In this document: positions 6,903-17,993 of the stretch, piece by piece | Layout of the letters: every line of letters begins with the position of its first letter | Numbering within the stretch: the first letter of the stretch is position 1 | Source of the DNA: Actinomycetes bacterium | Lineage (GTDB): Bacteria; Actinomycetota; Actinomycetes; Nanopelagicales; Nanopelagicaceae | DNA length: 64,000 nt | Reading direction: 5' to 3' | Assembly (NCBI GenBank): GCA_043746515.1 | Contig: JAYTQV010000048.1 | Span: forward strand, 6,676-70,675 | Notes under the pieces: model-generated | The model's database searches: none | Told to the model about the DNA's origin: nothing | What the model saw: only the letters and a program-made list of their open reading frames with translations | Program-made: the position numbers and the translations under genes

Positions 6903-9083
6903 TTATAAATATTTAAAGAGAGTCGAATAAATTACATCGGCGATGACCAGCAACGAGAGGTCATCTCCGCGAACTGCACTCAGTTGCAACGCGAATGGTA
7001 GGTTACCCTCTCCCCGCCCTATTGGAAGGCTGATTGCTGGATCCCCAGTCACATTAAAGGTGCCGGTAAATAGCGCCTCTGCCTCACCTTCTGGAGTATC
7101 TATAGGTGGAGTCGTGATAGGCGCATTAAATGGAGTACAGGGAGATAGCAACACATCGATTCCCTGATAAACCTTTGCTGCCTGCTCCAAGTTATCACTT
7201 CGTAACTTCATCGCTTCGCGATATTCAACTTCACTCACAATGGCACAGGCTTGGATCAAGCGCAGTGTAGGAGGACCATAATGCTCCGGGTGTAAACGGG
7301 CACGCTCTCCATGTACTTGGAATAGTTCGTACATGACAATCGGAGCGAATGTCCCATCAAGCAGATCTAGGGTCGAACCATCTACATCGACGACCGTATG
7401 ACCGGCGGCAACCAACGCCGCCACGGCTCGATCAATCGCTGCTTTAACTTCTGGCTCTAAAACACTGGAGTTATTTCTACTGGCAATTATTCCAAAAGTG
7501 AAATGTGCCGGTAGGTTAGGGGCTGCAGTATGAGTCAAAGCGGTGAAGACCTCAAGGATGGATGCGGGCGTATCCCCAATGAGTCCGACGTGATCCAAGG
7601 TTGGCGCCAGGGCCGTTACACCTAATAAATCAAAAGTATTGTATGTGGGCTTAAATCCTGCAACACCGCAATAATGTGCCGGAATGCGGATGGAGCCACC
7701 AGTATCGGTTCCAATAGCAACTTTGCAGACTCCCGCCCCCACCATTGCTGCTGACCCTCCACTAGATCCGCCAGCCGTAAAGAGTGGATTCGCTGAATTC
7801 ATGGCTTCGGGAACATCTGGATGGAGCGCACCCGCCGCATATTCAAGAAGGGTCGTAGTGGCAAAAATATCTGCCCCTAAAGTACGCAAATCTCGCACAA
7901 TAGGTGAATCACTTATTGCGACAACTCCAGCCATATCGACGGGGTTCCCATTTCCGCGAGGCGTTCCCGCAATATCTACAATATCTTTCACTGCTACCGC
8001 ATGACCAAGTAAGGGTCCATCCATATTTCGCAGCGGTGAAGAAAGTAGTTCAACGTAAGCGTGCAGTGGTCCTCCGAGTCGAATAGCTCGCTCGTAAGTT
8101 GCGAGTAAATCTAAATTTGCAACTTGGCAGAGCCTCTCCCCGCGTTCGATTGATTCGATCATTTCAATCACAAGGTTGATGAGAGGACCGCTGAGAGCCT
8201 CTCTTAACATGGAAACTTCAGTCTTGCGCTTACGAATAGCAAGATCACGATAAACGCCAGAATGGGTCTTTGCACTATTCCTGTTGAGTTCAACAAGTTG
8301 ATCAATCGAACTTTCTAAATCATCAGGATCAAATCCGTCAAAGGGCTCGAGTTTCACCGGTGCTTGGGCGATCACTTCTCGAGCTAAAGCGAGCATTAGC
8401 TCCCGGTATTCCAATCGCCCTAAGGATTCTACGATCGGCAAGTCAGAGACCGCCCCTGCAAAGAGCATTGCGCCGTAGACCTCTTTACTCCACAAAAACC
8501 CGAGAATATTTTCAGTCGCTTGCGCATAGGGAATTACTTCCGCGAGAAACTCCGCACGCGTTGAGAGCACACCACTTATCTCACCAATACGAACTGCCGC
8601 TTTGTTGCCCTGTACAATCAGTCCAGGACGAATATAATCTGCGCCAAAATTGATCAAGGCGGGGAGAACTCGATCCACACCAAATTTTTCTATAAGTTGT
8701 TCATTTACCAACCCATTTTGCAAAGTAACTATGTATCCACTTGGACTCAAATGTGAAGAGATTTGTTCAATCGCATTAACCGAATGGTGCCCTTTTACCG
8801 CAAGGAAAATAATGTCGAATTCTCCGGAGAGTTCTTCTGGCGAAAAGGCATTTGCGCTCAGAGTCCGCTGTTCTCCCTGGTATTCAATGGTGAGACCCTG
8901 CTCGTTGATAGCATCCCTATGCTCTTGATCGATCTCAGAAAAAACAAGGTCGTGGCCGAGTCCAATAAGGTGGGAACCAACTACTCCACCTATGGACCCG
9001 GCCCCAATTACCAATAATTTAATTGCTGGCCTCACCGTAATTAAATGTGGTGACGCAACCACCGTCAACAGTAACAATGGCAC
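6903..9083 (-). CDS. Fusion protein: N-terminal ketopantoate-reductase-like (ApbA/PanE family) domain and C-terminal amidase-signature domain
   Basis: N-terminal LLVIGAGSIGG Rossmann motif and an ApbA_C-like part (SAKTHSGVYRDLAIRKRKTE). C-terminal AVKD, GGSSGGSAA and GTDTGGSIRIPA. The true start is probably GTG 9035 or nearby, because the listed ATG overlaps the upstream SDR by 65 nt. Confidence 0.8.
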   Translation of the reverse strand: MPLLLLTVVASPHLITVRPAIKLLVIGAGSIGGVVGSHLIGLGHDLVFSEIDQEHRDAINEQGLTIEYQGEQRTLSANAFSPEELSGEFDIIFLAVKGHHSVNAIEQISSHLSPSGYIVTLQNGLVNEQLIEKFGVDRVLPALINFGADYIRPGLIVQGNKAAVRIGEISGVLSTRAEFLAEVIPYAQATENILGFLWSKEVYGAMLFAGAVSDLPIVESLGRLEYRELMLALAREVIAQAPVKLEPFDGFDPDDLESSIDQLVELNRNSAKTHSGVYRDLAIRKRKTEVSMLREALSGPLINLVIEMIESIERGERLCQVANLDLLATYERAIRLGGPLHAYVELLSSPLRNMDGPLLGHAVAVKDIVDIAGTPRGNGNPVDMAGVVAISDSPIVRDLRTLGADIFATTTLLEYAAGALHPDVPEAMNSANPLFTAGGSSGGSAAMVGAGVCKVAIGTDTGGSIRIPAHYCGVAGFKPTYNTFDLLGVTALAPTLDHVGLIGDTPASILEVFTALTHTAAPNLPAHFTFGIIASRNNSSVLEPEVKAAIDRAVAALVAAGHTVVDVDGSTLDLLDGTFAPIVMYELFQVHGERARLHPEHYGPPTLRLIQACAIVSEVEYREAMKLRSDNLEQAAKVYQGIDVLLSPCTPFNAPITTPPIDTPEGEAEALFTGTFNVTGDPAISLPIGRGEGNLPFALQLSAVRGDDLSLLVIADVIYSTLFKYL

Positions 9084-9822
9084 CAGTCATAAATGAGGCA
9101 TCATCTGAAACTAAGAAAGTGGCGACTCGGCCAACTTCAATTGGTTGCGCCTGTCGGCCAAGAGGTTGCATTCCGGCAGCCTTTTCGCGACGAGCGATTG
9201 CTGCTCCCAACTCATCACCACTGAGGGTTGTACGACGACGACCAAGACTGGTATCGATATATCCAGGGCAAATTGCGTTGGTTCTGATCCCCGAAGGAGC
9301 GTAATCAACAGTCAGCTGTCTGGTGTAGTTAATAATGGCAGCTTTAGAAGCACAGTACGCGGGAGCTTTGGGGGCACCAATAAGCCCATAAGTAGAGGCA
9401 ATATTTACGATTCTTCCATCGCTCTTCTTCAAGAAATGTGGGAGGGCATATTTTGTACAGAGAAAGGTGCCCCCGATATTAATGGTGATGATCTTCATGA
9501 AGTCTCCAAATGAGATTTCGTGAGTCTTAGCCTGCGCTCCACCTACTCCAGCGTTGTTTATGAGAATGTCCAGAGTTCCATAAGTGGATACGGCGGTGTC
9601 AATCAGATTAACGACTTGTTCCTCATTGCTGATATCCGCAGGTACAAATATTGCTTTTCCACCTAAGCCAACAATTTGCGCAACTGTCTCTTCACCATCC
9701 TCAACCAATACATCTGAAACCACCACGCTTACTCCCTCTTTTGCCAACGAGAGAGCAGTGGCACGACCAATTCCATTTCCAGATCCTGTGACCACGCCAA
9801 CTTTGCCGTTAAGACCGTTCAT
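9019..9822 (-). CDS. Short-chain dehydrogenase/reductase (SDR)
   Basis: TGSGNGIG, NNAG and YCASKAA motifs. Confidence 0.85.
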   Translation of the reverse strand: MNGLNGKVGVVTGSGNGIGRATALSLAKEGVSVVVSDVLVEDGEETVAQIVGLGGKAIFVPADISNEEQVVNLIDTAVSTYGTLDILINNAGVGGAQAKTHEISFGDFMKIITINIGGTFLCTKYALPHFLKKSDGRIVNIASTYGLIGAPKAPAYCASKAAIINYTRQLTVDYAPSGIRTNAICPGYIDTSLGRRRTTLSGDELGAAIARREKAAGMQPLGRQAQPIEVGRVATFLVSDDASFMTGAIVTVDGGCVTTFNYGEASN

Positions 9823-9826
9823 TTGA

Positions 9827-10657
9827 TTAGTTCCATTCCATAATGGTGCGAGTGAGCATGACGGTGGTGATAAAGCGCTTGAAAAGGCTGAGTGGATCTG
9901 AATCAGTGATGGTTACTTCCTTGGAATTTAGCTTTACCGCGCCAGGTACCCATGTTGCAATCTCAGTGAAGTCACTATTGTGAAAGCGCATTTTGATAGT
10001 GGCTGGTAGCGCTATCTTTGGAGTTGAAATCGAGTCAAGATGTTTGATTGCATACTCAGCTTTTTCTGCAATGAGTGCACAGGCATCCGTTGGATGCATG
10101 CTGTCGGCAGCAAAACGAGTGATGCTTGTCTTTACCACGGCTGCCTGCACATCTGGTGACCAGACCTCGGTCTCTGTCTTTGTAATGTTATCTCCAGTAA
10201 CCAAGGCAATAGGTACCTGGTAATACTGCGCAACTAGCGCGTTGAGCCCAGCCTCAGAGACAAATTCATCATTGAGCCAGATATCTGAAATCGCGCGCGG
10301 ATTATAAGTATGTGAGAGGACGGATGAATCACTACTCATTGATCCATGGTAGGAGACAAAAAAGATTGCATCATAAGAACTGTCGAGACCTTGCATCATA
10401 TACATCGGCTTATATTTACCCGAAAGGTAACGAGCTTTACCGGCCAGTGTTGCAGGTCGCAGATTTTGCATTGATGAGTGAGAGTCATTTACTAAGAACT
10501 CAGTAGCTCCTGCTGCCATGGCGCCATCGATGCTGGCATTTGTCTCATTTTGAAGCAACCCGCGGTAGTACTCATACTCCGGCTTGCCTGGAATACATTG
10601 ATCCCAATCGACAACTCCAGCCGTGCCTTCCATATCCGTGCTAATAAAAATTTTCAT
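9827..10657 (-). CDS. M55 family metallopeptidase (DppA-type D-aminopeptidase)
   Basis: N-terminus MKIFISTDMEGTAGV is characteristic of peptidase M55. Confidence 0.8.
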   Translation of the reverse strand: MKIFISTDMEGTAGVVDWDQCIPGKPEYEYYRGLLQNETNASIDGAMAAGATEFLVNDSHSSMQNLRPATLAGKARYLSGKYKPMYMMQGLDSSYDAIFFVSYHGSMSSDSSVLSHTYNPRAISDIWLNDEFVSEAGLNALVAQYYQVPIALVTGDNITKTETEVWSPDVQAAVVKTSITRFAADSMHPTDACALIAEKAEYAIKHLDSISTPKIALPATIKMRFHNSDFTEIATWVPGAVKLNSKEVTITDSDPLSLFKRFITTVMLTRTIMEWN

Positions 10658-11607
10658 AATAAAACCTTTCGTGGTAAGAATTCAGGTTGGGTCGAGTTTT
10701 CGCCCATATATGTATATGTCGAACCTTCCATACCAGAGGCTCCGCCGTGACTACCATCCGCCGAGATTGCAAGGCAGCGAAGTTCGGCTCGAAAATCATC
10801 AGGCAAGGCGCGTGCCTCTTTGAGGGCTTCATAGCAAGCGAGCTCTGGTGAGGCTCCGTACCGCATGTTTTCAACGACTGTACGGGCCGTGCCGCTGCGT
10901 AGGGCTAGTTCGCCTCTACCGGTACATGCAGCTGCACCATAGCGAATATCGGCATAGTTACCTGCGCCAGCCACAGCAGAATCCCCGACACGACCTGGAT
11001 GCTTGTAAGGGTATCCACTCGTGCTTACTCCACAGACGATCTCACCAAACTTATCCATCGCGATGATATTGATCGTGCCCCATGGTCCATCATGCGGCGC
11101 CATGCGCCGAACAAGTTCAAGAGAGGCGAGACGATACCGCTCATCACCAGTGGTAGCCGCCGTGTTTTCACCTTCGATAGATTCCTCAGAAGCACTTTCA
11201 AGTTGCTTCTCCCAAAGTGCTTTTGACTCTGGGGTGAGCAAATCGGCTTTCGCAAATCCTAGAAATTCTGCAAACTCTTCGGCCCCAGCTCCAACCAATA
11301 ATGAATGTTGTGGCAATTTTTCAATTACAGCACGAGCTATCGAGATTGGATTTGGATAATTTTTGACTGCAGCCACTGCTCCAAATGCTCGTGATGAACC
11401 AATCATTAATGAAGCGTCGAGCTCAACGATTCCACGTGCATTTGGTAGGCCACTGGTACCAATGTAATGATCGGCAAGATTGTCTTCGCATAAAATCAGT
11501 CCACGTTCTACCGCATCAAGTGCGCTGCCTCCCCGTCGCAATATCTCCATCGCCGCAGGGATTCCCGCCTCACTTCTTTCGCTACCGATAATCAGAATTT
11601 CCGACAT
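10654..11607 (-). CDS. Isoaspartyl peptidase/L-asparaginase (Ntn hydrolase, asparaginase_2 family)
   Basis: Autoprocessing/nucleophile region HDGPWGTINIIAMD, GVSTSGYPYKHPGRVGDS and CTGRGE. Confidence 0.8.
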   Translation of the reverse strand: MSEILIIGSERSEAGIPAAMEILRRGGSALDAVERGLILCEDNLADHYIGTSGLPNARGIVELDASLMIGSSRAFGAVAAVKNYPNPISIARAVIEKLPQHSLLVGAGAEEFAEFLGFAKADLLTPESKALWEKQLESASEESIEGENTAATTGDERYRLASLELVRRMAPHDGPWGTINIIAMDKFGEIVCGVSTSGYPYKHPGRVGDSAVAGAGNYADIRYGAAACTGRGELALRSGTARTVVENMRYGASPELACYEALKEARALPDDFRAELRCLAISADGSHGGASGMEGSTYTYMGENSTQPEFLPRKVLL

Positions 11608-11641
11608 GTACCTCTCCTAGATTATTTTGATTTGTTTTTCT

Positions 11642-12655
11642 CTATTGCAAAACTTTAATGCAGGCGACCTCGTGTTGAATCTCTGGTGAGGAATTTGCCG
11701 CATTAGTACCGATTTTAAGCAGTTGTGGATCGGTACTTGCGCACTTCGAATCTGCAATTGAACAACGACTCATGAAGCGGCAACCGTCGTAATGACTTTG
11801 AAGTGTAGGCAACTCTCCGCTGCCCAGGTTTGCAACCTGAGAGTTAGCATGCATTTTCGGTACTGATCCAAGTAACAATTTTGTATATGGATGTCGCGGT
11901 TCAGTGAAAACTTGCTCGGTCGAACCAATCTCAACAATACGTCCTAAGTACATAACGGCAATGCGGTCACACATCTGACGCACTACGGAGATATTGTGGC
12001 TAATAAAGAGGATCGATAGCCCTAAGTCGCGCCTTAAATCAAGAAGTAAGTTCACGATCGTGGCCTGAACCGATACATCAAGTGCAGATACTGCTTCATC
12101 TGCAATAAGTATCTTTGGTTCCAATGCAAGCGCCCTTGCAATCCCTATTCTCTGTCGCTGGCCACCAGAAAATTGCCGTGGGTGAGAGTCAAGTGTTGCG
12201 AGAGGCAAACCAACGACTTTCATCAACTCTTCGCAACGAGCATCCACATTCTCTTTAGTGCGCAATTTATGAAATATGAGAATTTCCGAAAGCATCCTAC
12301 GAATCGTCATCTGTGGGTTCAGAGATGAGAATGGATCCTGGAAAATCATCTGCGCAATGCGGCGTTGCTCCAGCGTTCGCTGATCAGTTACGGCCTGCCC
12401 ATTGAGGTAGATAGTTCCAGACGTTGCGCCATAAAGCCCCACGAGAGTTCTGCCTAGGGTTGATTTACCACAACCAGATTCACCGACTAGTCCCAGCGTC
12501 TCGCCTTGATAAAGATCAATTGTTACACCATCAACCGCGGGGATTGTCAGAGGGGCTTCTTTGCGGATCTTTTTAGCAACGCTTTGACGACCAACAAAGT
12601 GTTTCGATAAATCCTTAGAATTTAGGGCTATCTGACGACCCTCTTGAACACTCAT
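11642..12655 (-). CDS. Peptide ABC transporter ATP-binding protein (DppF/OppF-like)
   Basis: Walker A GESGCGKST, signature FSGGQRQR, Walker B ILIADE, and a C-terminal oligopeptide-type extension. Confidence 0.9.
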   Translation of the reverse strand: MSVQEGRQIALNSKDLSKHFVGRQSVAKKIRKEAPLTIPAVDGVTIDLYQGETLGLVGESGCGKSTLGRTLVGLYGATSGTIYLNGQAVTDQRTLEQRRIAQMIFQDPFSSLNPQMTIRRMLSEILIFHKLRTKENVDARCEELMKVVGLPLATLDSHPRQFSGGQRQRIGIARALALEPKILIADEAVSALDVSVQATIVNLLLDLRRDLGLSILFISHNISVVRQMCDRIAVMYLGRIVEIGSTEQVFTEPRHPYTKLLLGSVPKMHANSQVANLGSGELPTLQSHYDGCRFMSRCSIADSKCASTDPQLLKIGTNAANSSPEIQHEVACIKVLQ

Positions 12656-13656
12656 GTACCTGCTCCTTTAATTCCAGTTAGTCCAGCTTTAAAAGAACCA
12701 ATGCGCAGACAAGCAGCCTCGCCATTTCCAGCCCGAGAAAGGTTGGGTTCAGTGGTCTGGCATTCAGAAGTAGCCGCAAAACAGCGAGGCGCGAAAGGGC
12801 ATCCTGCAACCGGTTTGGTTAGATCGGGAGCTTCACCGGCAATCGAGAAGAGTCGCTCAACCGGAATATCAGGGTCTGGTACCGATTTGAGGAGCGAGAA
12901 GGTATATGGGTGCTGAGGATCAGCATAAGTCTCTTGGACGCTACCTTTTTCTACAATGCGTCCCCCATACATAACTTGTAGGGATTCACATACTTCGTTG
13001 ATGACAGCCAGATCGTGGGTGACAAAGATCAGACCCATCTGCTCTCGCCTACGCAGGTCAATTAATAGGCGAAGAACTTGAGCTTGAATTGTCACATCCA
13101 AGGCCGTTGTTGGTTCATCACAAAAAAGCATCTTTGGCTCGCCGGCAAGTGCAAGAGCAATGGCTACTCGCTGCCTTAAACCACCAGATAACTGGTGCGG
13201 ATAACTCTTAAGTCGTTTCTCCGCCTCCGGTATGCCCACAAGATTCATTAACTCCAAGGCTTTGGCCTTGGCTTTATCTTTGGAGTAACCCAATCGATAC
13301 CGAGGGACTTCCATGATTTGATCTCCGACAGACAAGACTGGATTGAGAGCTGAGATTGCGTCTTGGAAGACGATGCCGAATTTTTTGGCGAGCACAGTTC
13401 TACGCTTCGATGCTGGCAATGAGAGAACGTTAACACCGTCGACAATAATTTCTCCGCGCGTAATAGTGGCATTGTTTGGGAGGAGATCGAGAATCGCTTT
13501 AAGCGTAATAGATTTTCCAGAACCTGATTCACCGACAATGCCCAACGCTTCACCAGCAGTTACTTCAAAGGAGACACCGCGGATAGCCTTTAACAGCCCT
13601 CGGGATGTGTGGATGTCTACGTGTAAATCATCTACTACCAATAATGGATTACTCAT
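12652..13656 (-). CDS. Peptide ABC transporter ATP-binding protein (DppD/OppD-like)
   Basis: [16 protein letters not shown] and [11 protein letters not shown]. Its C-terminus has the Cys motif CPFAPRC. Confidence 0.9.
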   Translation of the reverse strand: MSNPLLVVDDLHVDIHTSRGLLKAIRGVSFEVTAGEALGIVGESGSGKSITLKAILDLLPNNATITRGEIIVDGVNVLSLPASKRRTVLAKKFGIVFQDAISALNPVLSVGDQIMEVPRYRLGYSKDKAKAKALELMNLVGIPEAEKRLKSYPHQLSGGLRQRVAIALALAGEPKMLFCDEPTTALDVTIQAQVLRLLIDLRRREQMGLIFVTHDLAVINEVCESLQVMYGGRIVEKGSVQETYADPQHPYTFSLLKSVPDPDIPVERLFSIAGEAPDLTKPVAGCPFAPRCFAATSECQTTEPNLSRAGNGEAACLRIGSFKAGLTGIKGAGT

Positions 13657-14453
13657 TTTGCAAACCTCCTCACAAATCCATCACCGATAAGTGAGAGGGA
13701 GAATCCAACGATAACAACCATGAATCCTGGAATAAATGGAATCCACCAACTTTGCAAAATATAGGCCTGACCTTCTTGGATCATGAGCCCCCATTCAGGA
13801 GTTGGAGAAGGGATTCCTAGACCCAAAAATGTGAGAGTCACAATCGCCAAGATACTCAAGACGATATCGCTCATTGAAAAGACAATTGCCTGCGAAATAA
13901 CATTTGGAAATACGTGGCGACGTAAAATTCTGAAAGTTGGTAGTCCACTCAACTTGGCGGCATGTATGTAGTCGAGTTCCTTCGTTACCAACACACCAGC
14001 GCGAACTATGCGGCAATATGCGACCCACCCCACAACAGTGATTGTGATGATTATTGCTTTGGCTCCAGCCCCGAAGACCAATGAGAGCGCAATTGCGAGG
14101 ACATAGAATGGGAAGGCGATCGTGATGTCGACGATACGCATGATCAGCACATCAAACCAACCTCCGTACCAGCCAGTCACCAACCCAAGAAAAGTTCCAA
14201 AGATAAAAGGAAAGAGAACGGCGAGAACTCCGATGACTAGATCTGTACGAATTCCGTAAATCAAGCGAGTGAGTACATCTCTGCCCAACTGATCTGTCCC
14301 AAGCAGGTGGTGCGAATTTGGCTTGAGTAATGTGTTGACCAAGTCTTGGGCGATGGGATCTTGATGAGTAATCCATGGCGCAAATATTGCTAATATGACA
14401 AGAGTTCCAAAGATGGCGATCCCTACCCAGAATCCGATATTTTTTATTTTCAT
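13653..14453 (-). CDS. Peptide ABC transporter permease (DppC/OppC-like)
   Basis: 266 aa, 6 TM segments, with the EAA-type loop AAKLSGLPTFRILRRHVFPN. Confidence 0.85.
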   Translation of the reverse strand: MKIKNIGFWVGIAIFGTLVILAIFAPWITHQDPIAQDLVNTLLKPNSHHLLGTDQLGRDVLTRLIYGIRTDLVIGVLAVLFPFIFGTFLGLVTGWYGGWFDVLIMRIVDITIAFPFYVLAIALSLVFGAGAKAIIITITVVGWVAYCRIVRAGVLVTKELDYIHAAKLSGLPTFRILRRHVFPNVISQAIVFSMSDIVLSILAIVTLTFLGLGIPSPTPEWGLMIQEGQAYILQSWWIPFIPGFMVVIVGFSLSLIGDGFVRRFAK

Positions 14454-15388
14454 ATTGATACCCTCGGATCAAGAGCAGCGTGAATCAGATCTGTGGCTAA
14501 GTTCACCAAAACAACCGCAACCGCAAAAAATAAAGTAACTCCTTGTACTATGGGAAAATCACGTTGACCAATTGCATTAATCATCAGACTTCCCGTCCCG
14601 GGCAGTGAGAAAACTCGCTCGATAACGACGGTAGCTCCAACCAAATAGGCAATGTTTACACCGAGCACTGTCACAGAGGCAATAAAAGCATTTCGCACCA
14701 CGTGAATTAATAAAATCCGAGAATTTTTCAAGCCTTTAGAACGGGCAGTGAGGACATAATCGGCCTCAAGGATAGAGAGCATGCTAGATCGCAAACTACG
14801 TATCAAAATGGGAGAGAGAGTTAACGCAATAGTTAGGCTGGGGAGAATCATTGCTCGCAGGTGCTCTAGAAAAGTGTTTCCAAATCCACTCACAGGAAAC
14901 CAATGGAGTTTAATTCCAAAGAGCAAGATAAGTTGTAAGCCAGTCCACACTTGCGGCATTCCAAGACCTACGATCGGAATAACTCGAATAATTTGATCGC
15001 GGGCGGATCCTTCGCGAGTAGCTGCCAATATGGCAAGAGGCAAGCTAATCAAAATCGAAAAAATAATTCCCCCGCCAAGAAGCAAAACGGTGACGTTAAG
15101 TCGAGAGTAAATGGCGGTGGAGACGGGTTGTTGAGTAAAGAAACTCGCACCTAGATTTCCATGAATGGCGTGGTTTAAAAAGTTCAGATACTGAGTGAGC
15201 AGAGGTCTATCAATGCCTAAAAGATGATGAATTTCGGCCGAACGTTGGGGGGTTGCTCGATTCCCCAAAATGGTATCCGCGGGATCTCCAGGTATCAGAT
15301 GAATAAGTGAAAATATTCCGATAGAGATACCGAAGAGAACGGGAAATACTTGCAACAATCTCTTACCTGTATAGGTTAAGAAATTCAT
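14450..15388 (-). CDS. Peptide ABC transporter permease (DppB/OppB-like)
   Basis: 312 aa with the EAA loop TARSKGLKNSRILLIHVVRNA. Confidence 0.85.
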   Translation of the reverse strand: MNFLTYTGKRLLQVFPVLFGISIGIFSLIHLIPGDPADTILGNRATPQRSAEIHHLLGIDRPLLTQYLNFLNHAIHGNLGASFFTQQPVSTAIYSRLNVTVLLLGGGIIFSILISLPLAILAATREGSARDQIIRVIPIVGLGMPQVWTGLQLILLFGIKLHWFPVSGFGNTFLEHLRAMILPSLTIALTLSPILIRSLRSSMLSILEADYVLTARSKGLKNSRILLIHVVRNAFIASVTVLGVNIAYLVGATVVIERVFSLPGTGSLMINAIGQRDFPIVQGVTLFFAVAVVLVNLATDLIHAALDPRVSI

Positions 15389-15452
15389 AAAACTACCACC
15401 TACACTTTCAGAAGGGATCTAGAAGGTGCGATTGACTTGCTCCGACTGAAGA

Positions 15453-15506
15453 AGTTCAACTCTCACTCAGCAATGTTTTTATAACAGGCTAAGCAAGAGT
15501 TGAACT
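15453..15506 (-). promoter_or_regulatory. Intercistronic stem-loop between the binding-protein gene and the permease genes
   Basis: Perfect 11-bp inverted repeat agttcaactct (15453-15463) / agagttgaact (15496-15506). It lies just downstream of the binding-protein stop, the position typical of mRNA-stabilising hairpins in ABC operons. Confidence 0.5.
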
Positions 15507-15532
15507 CACGAACTTCACTTCTCTGTGGAGCT

Positions 15533-17067
15533 TTAGTTCTTCTTTACATCCTCCATGTGGTACTGGAGTGTAGGTGTAACTTGGAAGCCAGTGATTTTGC
15601 TACTCCACGTGTACACATATGGTGCGTTGTACACATACATCATCGTTGCTTCATTAGCCGTAATTGTCTGAGCCAAAGAATAAGCCTTTTGGCGCGCAAT
15701 TGGGTTTACAGTGGTCTGACCCAACTTGACCGCTGCTACAACCTTTGGATTGTTGTAACTGGTATAGAAGTCGTTGGTTCCACCCTCAACTGGATTGAGC
15801 GCGAATGTCATAAGCTCATCAGGATCTGAAATATCCATCGTCCAACCAGTGCTGGTAATGTCATAGTTCTGGGCTTTCTGAGTTGCACGCTTGACCGATG
15901 GTTCCTGAGTCTTGATCAAGAGTGTCACGCCGATCTTCTTCAGCGCAGCCTGGAAGATTGAGCTAATAGCTGAATCTTGAACGCTACCGGCTGTAGATAG
16001 ATAGGTGAGCTTCAGGCCCTTCGCATATTTCTTGGAGAGAGCCAACTCTGCAGCGGCCTTCTTCAAGTTGTATTGGATTCCTGGAGTCTTGGGATCGTAG
16101 TAACCGACGTTTGGAGCCATGATCGAGTTCGATGCAGTTCCCAAGCCGGCTAAGACAACTTTAATGATTGATTTGCGATCCAAGGCATAAGAGAGTGCAC
16201 GGCGTACATGTACATCTGCGAGTGCTGGAACTTTTTCGTTCATAGCCAAGTATTCAGATTGCGCAGCCGGGAAAGCTTTACCCGTGATACCAGGAGTCTT
16301 TAGAGCTTGAGCGAATGAGGTTGAAGGGGGAAATTCGTTGATATCTGACTGTCCTGATTGGAGATCGAGTGCACGTGTATTGTCATCTGCAACATAACGC
16401 CAATCAACAGAGTTTAGATATGGCTTGCCTGGCTGCCAGTAGCTCTTGTTAGCTACAAACTTGATGTCGGTTCCTGGAGTCCATGATTGAAGCATGAACG
16501 GACCTGTTCCAACTGGTGCCTTGAAGAATGCATCTGCAGTCATTCCGCCGTAGTTATTTGGGAGGATTGCGTTAGAAAAGCAGGCAAGATCCGAGAGCAT
16601 TGGGGCCCAAGGGGTTTTGGTTTTGATGATAACTGTGTCAGGTGTTGGTGCCGTGACAGAGGCGACTTGAGTAAGAAGGAATCCCCAACCACTGCCCTTC
16701 TCAGCTGTATCCAGGGAGAATTTGACATCAGCAGAAGTCATTGGTGTGCCATCACTGAATTTTACATCTGTACGCAATTTGATCGTCCAAGTGAGTTTAT
16801 CCGACCCAACTGTTCCACTCTTTGCCAACCATGGCCGAACTGACTTGCCGTCCTGGTTAATCATGAAGAGAGGTTCGAAGATTTGCTGCTGAATAAAGAT
16901 GGAGTCATTCTGAGCAAGATCAGGATTAAATGTTGCAAAATCTTGGTTTCTCTCGAGGATCAAGTCCCCTTTAGGTGAGGCATTATCCGCGCGCGCCGAA
17001 ACGGCCATGGCTGAGGACATGACGACAGCCAGTGCCATTGTCAGACCCAGGATTTTTTTAGTTTTCA
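15533..17067 (-). CDS. ABC transporter substrate-binding protein, family 5 (peptide/nickel type)
   Basis: SBP_bac_5-like sequence. I moved the start to GTG 17067, which has AAGGAG 8 nt upstream. This gives the signal peptide VKTKKILGLTMALAVVMSSAMAVSARA. Confidence 0.85.
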
Positions 17068-17160
17068 CTATGTGGTGCTCCTTTTCTGGAATATATCCGA
17101 AAGCTCTACAGCTCTGAGGGAGAAGCGAAGGCTGCATAATCTTCGTTGAAGCAGCCCAAT

Positions 17161-17203
17161 TTTGCGTAACAGCATTCAACTCGCAGTTAGGAGATTACGC
17201 AAA
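17161..17203 (-). promoter_or_regulatory. Inverted repeat in the leader/promoter region of the peptide-transporter operon
   Basis: tttgcgtaa (17161-17169) / ttacgcaaa (17195-17203), 9 bp perfect, about 95-135 nt upstream of the binding-protein start. Function unknown. Confidence 0.3.
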
Positions 17204-17287
17204 TTAAGGTAAGTATGGTTGCGCGAGAGCCTTGAAAATTGACCATATTGTTAAGATGGGGTGACTTCTCCATGCAGCCAACAAAAT

Positions 17288-17977
17288 TTAAAAAAGTGAG
17301 TGGCCGCCATCAACAGATAAACATTGACCGGTTATCCAGGTGGATTCTTCATCGGCAAAGAATCGGACGGCGTGAGCAATATCGTTCGGCGCACCCAAAC
17401 GGCGCGTCGCGATTCCACTCAAAATCTTCGCTTGCCCCGCTTCACCGTAGCTCTCCCACTGCGCAATAGAGGAGGGGTTAGAGAGAATGAATCCTGGTGC
17501 GATGCAATTTACCGTTATCCCAAATTCTCCCAATTCGTGAGCCATTTGACGAGTAAATGCAATTTGAGCAGCCTTCGCTGAAGCATAAGCCTGAATTCCA
17601 GTAAGAGTGACGCTTCGCCCAGCGCCAGATGAAATATTAATGATTCTCCCCCACTTATTGCGCTTCATGCCAGCCGCAACTGCACGAGTGCAGTTGAACA
17701 TCGTCTGAACGTTGGCGTCAAAAATCGCTTTCCAACTCTGATCAGTTACTTCGTTAATCGGATGATGAACTTGACCCGCTACCCCACCCGCGTTGTTCAC
17801 AAGAATGTCGATATCACCCAGATAGGCAAAGAGTTCGGTGACGATTTCGGAATCAGAGAGGTCGTATTGCGGCAAATCTAAGCCATGAACTGTATGACCA
17901 AGTGCTGAGAAACCCTGTGCAATCTCTGCACCAATTCCATGACTTGCACCTGTCACAACAATCCGCCGAGTACTCAT
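17288..17977 (-). CDS. Short-chain dehydrogenase/reductase (SDR)
   Basis: TGASHGIG, NNAG and YASAKAA motifs. Confidence 0.85.
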   Translation of the reverse strand: MSTRRIVVTGASHGIGAEIAQGFSALGHTVHGLDLPQYDLSDSEIVTELFAYLGDIDILVNNAGGVAGQVHHPINEVTDQSWKAIFDANVQTMFNCTRAVAAGMKRNKWGRIINISSGAGRSVTLTGIQAYASAKAAQIAFTRQMAHELGEFGITVNCIAPGFILSNPSSIAQWESYGEAGQAKILSGIATRRLGAPNDIAHAVRFFADEESTWITGQCLSVDGGHSLF

Positions 17978-17993
17978 CAGGTGATGGTAGTGG

